IMG/VR virus record: IMGVR_UViG_3300046167_000433
Coordinates: 1-50,914 of that record
Strand: one strand, 5' to 3'
From: a virus
Lineage: Duplodnaviria > Caudoviricetes
Length of the DNA stretch: 50,914 nucleotides
The notes under the pieces are model-generated. The model had not been told where the DNA came from. It ran no database searches and saw only the letters and a list, made by a program, of their open reading frames with translations. A program made the translations under genes and the position numbers. Each line of letters opens with the position of its first letter. Within the stretch, counting starts at the first letter, position 1. Below are positions 19,968 through 29,200 of the stretch, in pieces.

Positions 19968-21772
19968 AGCTGAAGTCCTCACAAAGAAAGAGTCTTGCGG
20001 CAATTCCTACCGCCTTTAGGGGGCAGGAACGTCGTTTCGCTCAATCCGTATCAGAGAGCCTAGATACTCTGTCAGGGCGGAGAGGCAATGCTATTGACCG
20101 AGCAGTAACCTTTAGGGATCTGCTTGAAACCGGAGTGCTAAATCTTTCTGGTGGAGCATTGTCAGAGGGCGGTGTCGGTGTTATCAACCCAAACGATTCT
20201 GATTCTACCCCTAACGGCCCAATAGAATTACCCACGAAGCCCACTAACCTTACTGCGAGCGGCGGGTTTAATAGTATATTTTTAGGATGGGTTCTTCCCC
20301 CTTATAGAGGGCATGACTACATCGAGATCTTTCGGTTTGCCACGAACAACGTCGTGTCTGCTGAAGCGGCTGGCCCTTATACCCGTTACTACGGCGATCA
20401 GTATTTTTACACTGACCTAAACGTGGGTAGTCAGGAAACTTGGTACTACTGGGTTCGTGCTGTAAATAAGAACGGCATAGCTGGCCCATTTAATCAGTCG
20501 GCAGGCACATCGGCCACGTCAGCAGTGGATTATCTTTTCGTGTCGGAATTGATCGACGACATCCTTGATAATGGTGCTAATAGTCTCGGGCTGAACGCTT
20601 CAATCGAAGCTATAGAAAACGACATCACTACGGTGAACACTACTGTGTCTGGCCTCTCTAGCACCGTCACCACGCTGAATACTACGGTCAACGGTCAAAG
20701 CACATCGATACAAACGAACACTTCGACCATCGATGGAATACAAGGAAAGTTTGCTGTAAAGATCGATAACAACGGGCATGTCTCTGGATTTGGCCTAATT
20801 TCTCAAGCCAACGACCATAGCGCTGGTTTTGTTGTAAACCCTACATCATCGTTCATTATTAATGCCGATAGGTTTGCTATTGCCCGACCTTACAACAGCA
20901 ATAACACGAACATTCAAACAAGGGCTCTCTTTAAGGTTATAACGTCTTCAACGACTATTAATGGCGCACCCGTCGGCGCTGGCGTCTACATCGACGAGGC
21001 GTTTATTCACGACGCTCAAATCACGAACGCTCTTATCAAAAACGCGACAATCACCGATGCAAAGATATCTGATCTGACGGCGGGGAAGATTACGTCCGGA
21101 GAAATAGTTCTAGATTCTTATAACAACAATGCTATCAGGCAAGGAAAGACCAGTTACGCTTCATCAGTTAACGGTTTCTGGTTAGGCAATCTCAACGGTG
21201 CTGGCGCGTTTAACCTTGGTAACTCTACCAACTACGTCAGGTTTAACGGATCTGCTCTTGAGGTAACTGGGGCGTCAATAACCGACGCTAGTATCGGCAC
21301 TCTGAAAATTGCTAACAATGCGGTGACCGTTCCAGAGGGAGATTCAGCATCGATAAGCGTGAATTGCGGAAATAGCTATGTATTTTTAGATAGCCAGCTT
21401 AATTATCTAGCAAACTGGGACGGCAATTCAGTTCCAACAGGACTGATAATTGGCGCTATGGCTCAGTATGTTGGAACGAATACTTCTAATCAGGCCAGCG
21501 GAAACGCTACTGCATATGTCAAAATGACTATCGAGTGGAGAAGTAACACTGGTTCTTACATCAATAACAATGACGGGGACTCCACGATTGGAGTTAGTTC
21601 GTTACGAAAAACTTTCGGCGGGGCGGCTGTCAGCACGTCATATATTGCGGTTCCAAGCTGGAGCAGAGGAGCGCGAGTGCGTATACAAGGAAGAAATGAG
21701 CATTACAGTGACGGCGCAACAACAAGAAAGGCTTCAAAATATGGGTACTTTGTGCTGGCGTCGAAGCGATGA
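19964..21772 (+). CDS. Tail tip/spike protein (FN3 + J-like/DUF1983-like region)
   Basis: YYWVRAVN FN3; KIDNNGHVSGFGL...FIINADRFAI; ITNALIKNATIT repeats. Confidence 0.7.
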   Translation: MKLKSSQRKSLAAIPTAFRGQERRFAQSVSESLDTLSGRRGNAIDRAVTFRDLLETGVLNLSGGALSEGGVGVINPNDSDSTPNGPIELPTKPTNLTASGGFNSIFLGWVLPPYRGHDYIEIFRFATNNVVSAEAAGPYTRYYGDQYFYTDLNVGSQETWYYWVRAVNKNGIAGPFNQSAGTSATSAVDYLFVSELIDDILDNGANSLGLNASIEAIENDITTVNTTVSGLSSTVTTLNTTVNGQSTSIQTNTSTIDGIQGKFAVKIDNNGHVSGFGLISQANDHSAGFVVNPTSSFIINADRFAIARPYNSNNTNIQTRALFKVITSSTTINGAPVGAGVYIDEAFIHDAQITNALIKNATITDAKISDLTAGKITSGEIVLDSYNNNAIRQGKTSYASSVNGFWLGNLNGAGAFNLGNSTNYVRFNGSALEVTGASITDASIGTLKIANNAVTVPEGDSASISVNCGNSYVFLDSQLNYLANWDGNSVPTGLIIGAMAQYVGTNTSNQASGNATAYVKMTIEWRSNTGSYINNNDGDSTIGVSSLRKTFGGAAVSTSYIAVPSWSRGARVRIQGRNEHYSDGATTRKASKYGYFVLASKR

Positions 21773-22341
21773 TTAGGGCGGCTGTTTTTTACAATGACTC
21801 TGGGGAGATTGTTTCCTGCAAAACGGGTAGTGAGGCAGGTATTTACCTTACGGCTGAGTCATCTGAGTTTAACTATATTTTATTTGAAGATGCTCCAGAC
21901 GTTAATAACAAGTATGTTGCAAATGAGAAGTTGGTTGATATGCCAACTCAGCCAAGCGAATTTTATGAGTTCAATTACTCTACAAAATCTTGGGATTTGC
22001 AGTTCTCTTTCGCTCAGCAGGGCAAGTGGAGCGAAATAAAAAAAGACAGAGATTCAGAAGAGTTCGGCACATTCGTCTGGAACGGCTTTACATTTGACTG
22101 CGACGAGACAAGTCAGCGCCGTATACAGGGCGCAGTTCAGTTGGCCGCGCTCGACACCAGCACCGTTATGGATTGGACTCTGGCAGATAACACCTCTCAG
22201 ACGTTCAACGCCACAGAATTACAGCAGATTGGGCAGGCATTAGGGGCGCATGTAAACGCCTGTCATGTCAAAGCTAGAGGCCTTAGAGACCAGATAGATG
22301 CGGCTCAAACCGAGGCAGAGCTTAGCGTTATAAGTTGGTAG
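21769..22341 (+). CDS. DUF4376-domain protein
   Basis: FDCDETSQRRI, WTLADN, ARGLRDQIDAA...ISW. Confidence 0.75.
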   Translation: MIRAAVFYNDSGEIVSCKTGSEAGIYLTAESSEFNYILFEDAPDVNNKYVANEKLVDMPTQPSEFYEFNYSTKSWDLQFSFAQQGKWSEIKKDRDSEEFGTFVWNGFTFDCDETSQRRIQGAVQLAALDTSTVMDWTLADNTSQTFNATELQQIGQALGAHVNACHVKARGLRDQIDAAQTEAELSVISW

Positions 22342-22346
22342 TGTTG

Positions 22347-22374
22347 TTGAGTTTTAGCGCTTAAACGCTATGAT
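22347..22374 (+). promoter_or_regulatory. Putative sigma70 promoter
   Basis: TTGAGT-16 nt-TATGAT in an intergenic gap. Confidence 0.45.
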
Positions 22375-22436
22375 GAGTTAAGTAATACCCCGCCCGTGGG
22401 GCAGATCGGGAAAACCCTATTCAAATCAATCCATTG

Positions 22437-22460
22437 CTCGCGACCCTGTCGCGGGTTTTT
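22437..22460 (+). terminator. Rho-independent terminator
   Basis: CTCGCGAC-CCT-GTCGCGGG then TTTTT. Confidence 0.7.
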
Positions 22461-22479
22461 CTGCGTGTTCGGGAGAGGT

Positions 22480-22884
22480 ATGGCGCTAGATCCGGTGGAC
22501 ATAAGAGAGGTATGGCCGATTGTCCGAGAGGGGCTTGAGGTAGTTAAAGCGGCAACCAGTCCGCCTTGGATACCGGAGGACATATACGCCGCCTGTGTGG
22601 CCAAGAGTGCGTTCCTATACATGGATCCAGAGCGCACAGAGAAAGGCTTCGCAGTAGTTCAATCTCAATGGTGTGAGTTTGAGCGGATCAGCAAATTTCT
22701 ACTTTGGGTTGTGTATGACCCTCAGTACGGCACAGCCAACCACTACGTTGAAGAGTGGGAGGATTTGGCCATGAAGACGGGACACCACTGCGTTGAATTT
22801 GTGACCCCGATAGACGCGATTGGAAGGTTAACCAGAAGGCATGGGTACAGAAAAGTATCGAGCCTTTACCGAAAGGATTTATAG
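22480..22884 (+). CDS. GNAT-fold-like protein ahead of ejection genes
   Basis: GAGG RBS before ATG 22480; GFAVVQ, LAMKTGHHCVEF, RHGYR; usual podovirus position. Confidence 0.5.
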   Translation: MALDPVDIREVWPIVREGLEVVKAATSPPWIPEDIYAACVAKSAFLYMDPERTEKGFAVVQSQWCEFERISKFLLWVVYDPQYGTANHYVEEWEDLAMKTGHHCVEFVTPIDAIGRLTRRHGYRKVSSLYRKDL

Positions 22885-22893
22885 GAGAAGCTT

Positions 22894-23472
22894 ATGGGCG
22901 GTGGCGGAAAAACACCAGACGAGTCAGAAGCGTATAGAGCTTTGGCCGAGCAGACGGCAACGTACTTCAATCGATACAAGGAAGTATTTGTCCCTCTTGA
23001 GAATAAATACATCAATGCAGTCTTTGATGCTGGCGAGGGTGCCGCTTACGAAAAAGCAATGAGCGGTGCGGCGATGGCCACGCAGGCCCAGTACGAGCCA
23101 AAGATGGATCAAGCTCAGCAAGCACTTCTGGCTAGGGGCGGCGTCGATCCGTCGTCAGGCGCATTTAGAGAAAACACTGGCGACATGTATTCAAAGCTTG
23201 GTGTTGCTCGCGGCTTAAACGCCGCAGATGCAGGAATAAACAACACCGATAGGTTTGCTGGCGGCATCCAGAACTTGGTCAAGATGGGTCAGGGAATTGC
23301 CAGTGAGGCCATGCAAGGTCAGATCGGCTTGGCGCAGGTAGGTGAAGATAAAGCCAGATCATTAGCCGCAACAGATTTCGCAAAAGACCAAAGCGGCCTA
23401 AATGCACTTGGCACTGCCGCTGGAGTAAGCGCGGGCGGGGCTTACAAATATTTCGGAGGTAACGTCACATGA
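22894..23472 (+). CDS. Internal virion/ejection protein
   Basis: MGGGGK start; Gly/Ala-rich with hydrophobic C-terminus. Confidence 0.65.
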   Translation: MGGGGKTPDESEAYRALAEQTATYFNRYKEVFVPLENKYINAVFDAGEGAAYEKAMSGAAMATQAQYEPKMDQAQQALLARGGVDPSSGAFRENTGDMYSKLGVARGLNAADAGINNTDRFAGGIQNLVKMGQGIASEAMQGQIGLAQVGEDKARSLAATDFAKDQSGLNALGTAAGVSAGGAYKYFGGNVT

Positions 23473-24038
23473 ACTACGGGGCATACTTTAACAACATGCC
23501 TCCTGAAGTTCAGGAGCAGTTAGCTGGCTTCTACGGCGCTGGTGGCACCACTGGCTCCAGTCAAGTAACCAACTCTGGCACAGCGGCAAGTCCTGTCTAC
23601 GATTATACGCCGTCAAATAACTACTCAAACATTAACACAAGCGCTTATTCCGGAGATAGCAAAGAGGGCGCATCTCGCCTTTTTGCGGACATCATCAGGG
23701 CGCAGACAGACGATTACCTGAACCGATTCGCTCCGATTGAAGACTATCTGGCCAGCACCATCACCGCGACAGGCACGACCTTCTTAGAAGGCGACATGGC
23801 TCGAACCAGAGAGTCAGTTATGGGCGGGGCTAGATCAGCGCAGGGCCAGTACAGCCGCAACCTTAGCCGGTTCGGAGTACAGGGAGGCGTCCTAGACAAC
23901 AGCATGGATACCGTGGGCGCAATGGTTGGCGGACTTAATGACACCAGAGATCGCGATGCCGATAGAAAAATAGCAATTCTCGGAGGGGGGCTTGGCTCAA
24001 TTGCTCCCAAGATTAGATCATCACAGGGGGCTACCTAA
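23469..24038 (+). CDS. Internal virion/ejection protein
   Basis: Coupled ORF; Gly/Ser-rich; position. Confidence 0.6.
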   Translation: MNYGAYFNNMPPEVQEQLAGFYGAGGTTGSSQVTNSGTAASPVYDYTPSNNYSNINTSAYSGDSKEGASRLFADIIRAQTDDYLNRFAPIEDYLASTITATGTTFLEGDMARTRESVMGGARSAQGQYSRNLSRFGVQGGVLDNSMDTVGAMVGGLNDTRDRDADRKIAILGGGLGSIAPKIRSSQGAT

Positions 24039-24667
24039 TGACTCTCATAGCTACAGGCGACAACCTTCGCAATAAATCTCTTATGGGCCTTCAGGCCATG
24101 TCTCGCGAAGAGGCAGAGCGCGAGGCTTTGTACCAGCAGATGGTTCAGCAGAAGGCGGCTCAGCGGTCTCAGCTTGCAGGAACTGGCCTTGGTATCGGTG
24201 CGTCCTACGCAGTTAACAATCCAGACAAGGTCGCGGCACTTGGTAGCAAGATTTTCGGTGGCGGTCAGGCGGCTGGCTTAAACATCGCGGCTCCCTCCGC
24301 CGCAGGCCTTCAGCAGTCAGTGGCCGGAGCGTCGAAGTTAGGAGGTGAAGTCGCGGCTCTTACAAAAACTCCTTTGGCTGGAACTCTAGATGCCGGAGTG
24401 GCCAACGCATTAACAACTCAGGGTGGGCAGTCCGCATTTTTGCAGACGGGCGCTGGTCTATCAGCTACAGCCCCAGCGGCACAGGTTGCCTCCGGAGCGG
24501 CGGCTACAGGAGAGGCTCTCGCGGCAAGCAGTGCGGCGGCGAATAGCGCAGTAGCTACCGGCACAGCCGCAGGTTCTGCCGGAACTCTAGCAACCCTCGG
24601 AACTATTGCCGCACCTCTCGCTATAGGCGTGGGCGCTTTCTACTTACTTAACAAACTTTTTGACTAG
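24038..24667 (+). CDS. Internal virion/ejection protein with C-terminal TM segment
   Basis: Ala/Gly-rich; IAAPLAIGVGAFYLL. Confidence 0.6.
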   Translation: MTLIATGDNLRNKSLMGLQAMSREEAEREALYQQMVQQKAAQRSQLAGTGLGIGASYAVNNPDKVAALGSKIFGGGQAAGLNIAAPSAAGLQQSVAGASKLGGEVAALTKTPLAGTLDAGVANALTTQGGQSAFLQTGAGLSATAPAAQVASGAAATGEALAASSAAANSAVATGTAAGSAGTLATLGTIAAPLAIGVGAFYLLNKLFD

Positions 24668-24675
24668 GAGGTCAC

Positions 24676-26187
24676 ATGGCTCGTAGTTACCTTGGAAGAA
24701 GCGACGGATTCGCAGACGGATTCACAAGCGGCTTTGGATTAATCAACAACGCTATTAACGACAAGCGCAAGCTGGATACTGCGGAGGAAGAGCTTCAGTA
24801 CAGAAGGGGTCAAGACACTCAAGAAAGCGACAGATACCGCCTAGATAGAGAAGAGGATGCTCGCCAATTTGATGCAACAAACAAAAGGCTCACAGCTTCC
24901 GAAAGCGCCACTGCTAAGTTTAGGGCGGATGAGGCAAGGCTCACAGCAGAATATAGGCAGTCTGAAACAGAAGAAAATTCATTAGTCAGGGAAGCTCAAT
25001 TATCTGCCGCAAGGGTAAAGGAGCAGGACTCACAAGAGCAAATAGACTTGCGCGCAAAGGAAGCCAGAGAGGCTGACGCGCAAAACGCCATTTATCAAAT
25101 GGATCAGGTCATTAAGACGGCTCAGCGAAACGGAGTTCAGCCAGACCTAGCAACTATACAAGACCTGCTAAAGAGGACTGAAGGAACAAAGTTCGATCTG
25201 ACTATAGCTCTTGGTAAAGACTACCAAAGCAATATTGCGAATCTGACAAACACGCTTTCGGCCCAGCTTAATAATGGTGAATTTGGTGGGGATGACATCC
25301 GCGTAGAGATGGGGGCGGATGCTCTTGTTAATTCCACTAATGGCGCAATGATTGGGCAGACCGTTGACGAAACCTTTGTTAATGCTCCAGAAGAGTTTCG
25401 TGACGGCACTTGGAAAGTTATCCGTCGAGAGGCGACTGACATAGGCATTGAAGAAGAGTCACTAAATCGGCAAGTGAACGAGCAAGGCCCACCTCAGTTA
25501 ATGGCTTCTATGGATGTTCTTGTAACTGTTGAAAACGATAAGGGCGAGATCGGCCATTACCAAGCTCCAATGACAGAGGGCCGAGTTTCTGGATCCAGTC
25601 AAAGGACGCAAATCCCAGTTACCGACCTATTCGATGGAATGGGTGGAACGGCGGTTTTTATTGATTACTTAAATAACAATATGGCCGAACCCATCAAGCG
25701 AGCAAAGATAGAAAAGATGGGGGGTGATGCCAAGTTCCAAGAATCAATTGCGGCGGTTCAAACGGAACTTGCGGAGACCTTGTCTCTCGCGCCCTCTGCT
25801 AACACATTCCTATCAAATATGACGAATGAGGAAATTCTTAACAGCCCTGAAGATCTGAGACGTTTGGCTGAAGATCGAGTGCTGGGTCTTGGTACGAAGC
25901 AAGAGTCTTTTAGGGCAGATGCAACGCAAGAGCTTCTGCAAACCAAGTTGGACTTGGGGCCGCTTCTAAAAAACTTCCGTGTTAAAGATAGCGATGGAAA
26001 TCCAACGAAAACTCCCAGTCTGACTAATGCTGAGTTTTTTCAGCTAGGCGCGACCTTAGCGGGAGATGGCGACGTAACCACAGCCACAAGAGAAAGACTG
26101 AGACAGATCCTCAAAAAGTATGGGGTAGCTGAAATAAGACGGGGATTGGGCGGCAACACTCCAGACATTCCCAGCTTCCCTAACTAA
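24676..26187 (+). CDS. Internal virion/ejection protein
   Basis: AGGAGG RBS; GFADGFTSGFG N-terminus then coiled coil. Confidence 0.65.
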   Translation: MARSYLGRSDGFADGFTSGFGLINNAINDKRKLDTAEEELQYRRGQDTQESDRYRLDREEDARQFDATNKRLTASESATAKFRADEARLTAEYRQSETEENSLVREAQLSAARVKEQDSQEQIDLRAKEAREADAQNAIYQMDQVIKTAQRNGVQPDLATIQDLLKRTEGTKFDLTIALGKDYQSNIANLTNTLSAQLNNGEFGGDDIRVEMGADALVNSTNGAMIGQTVDETFVNAPEEFRDGTWKVIRREATDIGIEEESLNRQVNEQGPPQLMASMDVLVTVENDKGEIGHYQAPMTEGRVSGSSQRTQIPVTDLFDGMGGTAVFIDYLNNNMAEPIKRAKIEKMGGDAKFQESIAAVQTELAETLSLAPSANTFLSNMTNEEILNSPEDLRRLAEDRVLGLGTKQESFRADATQELLQTKLDLGPLLKNFRVKDSDGNPTKTPSLTNAEFFQLGATLAGDGDVTTATRERLRQILKKYGVAEIRRGLGGNTPDIPSFPN

Positions 26188-26202
26188 GTAGAGGATTATT
26201 TA

Positions 26203-29200
26203 GTGCGCGTAAAATATCGCAGAGGCGACAGCAGAAACTTTCAAGAAGAGCAGGATAAAAGCTACCTTTCAGAATTTACTTCTGGATTTTCCTCTGGGGT
26301 TGATACAACCCTTGGAAGCCTTGGTGGTGTTCGCTCTCTTTTCAACTCTATAACTGGAGATGAAGAAGAGGCAATTGAGTATCTGAACTACGCTCAGAGA
26401 AAGTTTCAAGAGGCAGGCGAATCCAGCGGCACGGTTACCAACATCGAGGATATAGACGGGGCTTCCGACTTTGTTCGATGGGCCACCTATTCGGCTGGCA
26501 CCATCCTGCCTTCCATCGCGACCAGCATTGCTGGAGGCGGCATTGGTGGCGCTGTAGCGCAGGGCGTAGCGAAGAAATTTACAAAAGATCGAATACAAAG
26601 AGAGGTTAAAGACGCGGTTGAGGACAAGGTTTCTGAGCGCGTAAAGAAACGAATTCTTAGAGAGACGCTTGACGCGGATACCGCTGGATATAGAACGCTT
26701 GGACAGGCGGTCGGAACCTTTGGAGCTTCTGCCGCGCAAAACACAGGCGGCACCTTCGTAGACATATACGAAGAGACAGGAATAGAGGCACCTGATGTAG
26801 CACTTGCGGCGGGGGTTGCCGCTGGCGCATTAGATTCTGTTTTACCGTTTGTCGCCCTCAAGAGAATAATGCCGGATACGGTATTTAATAAGTTCAAAGA
26901 TGGGGTGGCAGACAAGCTCGTTAAGAATGGAGGCGTTACTCGCCGCGTTCTTTTGCAGGGCGGTTTGTCTGCTGGAGCCGAGGGCATCACAGAGGCAGGA
27001 CAAGAGCTTATACAGGCGACTGCTGTGGGGATGATGCGGAACGACCCCATGGGAGGATATGCAGAATACTTCGATGAGTTCATCAAGAACGTCAATAATC
27101 CAGATGATCAGTTAGTTAGTCGCCTTCTGAATGCGGCGGCAGTTGGAGCTATTGGCGGGGCCGCTACAGGAAGCTTTACGGGTGCGCTGAACCGCAAAGA
27201 GAATAGAGTCGATGACGTTAGGGTTGATAGAGAACCCACTACCGACACTGTCGAAGAGGATGCTCCGGATGGAGCAGAGACGGTTCCTGATGCAAATGAA
27301 GTGGATCCAGAGACTCAATCTATACTTGAGGCCGCTCGACAAGATCAGCGTGATGCTCGCCGCAAGGCTCAAGGCTTTCCTCAATCTATGCCTGACATTA
27401 CAGACAGAGACGTTGATGCTGAGACTGATGCGCGTGTAGGTGAAGCGCAGGTCAGACAAAGAGCGGCGGCGCGCAGAGCGCAAGGTCTACCAGAGCAGGC
27501 AGTAGATCGAGAAACAACATCTCCAGAAGAGGCTCGGAATGCTCGATACGAAACAGACTTAAACGAGTCTCTTCGCAGATCTTTGAGAGCTAGAAAGGTT
27601 GTTAATGAAATCATTCCTGCTTCTATTTTTGAAACGGGAGACGCCACGCCTGAAGAGAATGCACTCGCCGCCAAAGAGGCTGAGAAGTTAACAGTTATTC
27701 CGAGCGGCCCGACTATTGAGCTTGGCCCTGATCGAACCATGGAGTCTTTAGAGCGAAGCTCAGTAGATTATCAGGGCATTGAGGGCACTCTTACCCGACG
27801 TGAGGATGGTGTCTACGTTGTCGTGACGCCGCAGGGTGATCAGGTTGTAGTGGAGAGCGGTGAATCTGACGCCGGATCTACCGCCGCTACTTTATTAGGT
27901 GTAAGGCCGAAAGATGTTGAGGTCAATACTCCGGACTCAGAGGCTCAGTACAACGCAGACGACGACACCTTTGTGGCTCGCGGAAAGACTTATCGCTATA
28001 TAGATACTCAGCGCAATAAAGACGGTGAGGCCGTTGCGATTAACGCGGAAACCATGAACGGCCAGCCGCGTGTGTTTAGAAGCAAGCGAACCGTTCAGGC
28101 CGTTGAGGCGGAGCGAGCTAGGATACAGCAGGAGTTGATGACTCAGGACTTAGCCACTGGGCAGGCGCAGTTCGATGACTTATCCGATAAGTTACAAATG
28201 GCTGTATTCGACCAGAGGGAAGCTCAAGGTCTGGATACAACCATAGATGAAGTTACGATTGAAGAAGTTCAGGCCGCAATTGCGTCCTCTCCAGCCGGAA
28301 TTCAGTCCGCTCTTCAGCAAGAAACGGAAGCTCTTTTCAGTAGAACTGATCAGACTGAATTTGATGTTCGACAAACCTTTGATGCGGCAGACCAGTGGCT
28401 CTCTTTTGAGGGGGATGTGGTCAACGCTAATCAGGAAACTCTTGAGTCTCGTCAGGACAGGATCGATGTCCTTGCTGGACAGCCTACGAAGCCAGCAAAC
28501 AGCGACGACCTTATAACAATACGGGCAATCGAAGGCATAGCCGAAAAGATTGCAGATGCTATGCGCCGTCCTACGTTTTTCAACGAAACAGTAGACGGCA
28601 AGCAACAGAATGTCGAAGCAAAACCAATGGATAGCCTTGGGGATGCCGACACGATAAACGAGATTCAGCAATCGATATTCGATCTTATCGAAGCTGGTCT
28701 TCCTGTAGATTTTGTAAGCCAAATACAGGCTCTGGCAACTCACTCTCCTGCCCAGTCTCAGGGACTTGGTGCCACGGTTTCAGACAGAATGTCTATTGAA
28801 TCCAGTTTAGTATCCCAATCTACTACAGATGCTAATGCTGACAGAGAGTTGAGATATGTATTAGCGCATGAAGCGTGGCACGTTCTCGACAACGCTAATG
28901 ATATTAGCGGCCAGTTGCCATCATTCAATGCAGAAGTCGTCTTCAGCGGCGAGGGGCCGAAGGTTGTTTTGGGTGATGCAATTGCAGATCTCTACGAAAA
29001 CTACCTCCAGAAGACTGAGTTGGGGCGTAGATTTACCTACCCGTTTAATGAGATTGAACAGCAAGCTGGCCCCGCTACAAACGCAGAAGACCTTGCGGAA
29101 TTTATTCGCAAGGAGTCTTTCGCTCAGCTTGGTGCGGTATACCTAAGCAACCCAAAGTTACTTAAAGAACAAGCGCCAGAGGCGTACAATGTAATTCGCA

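Noticed and set aside
22396-22479. N-terminal extension of the 22884-ending ORF
   Set aside because: Runs through a terminator hairpin; a good RBS supports ATG 22480
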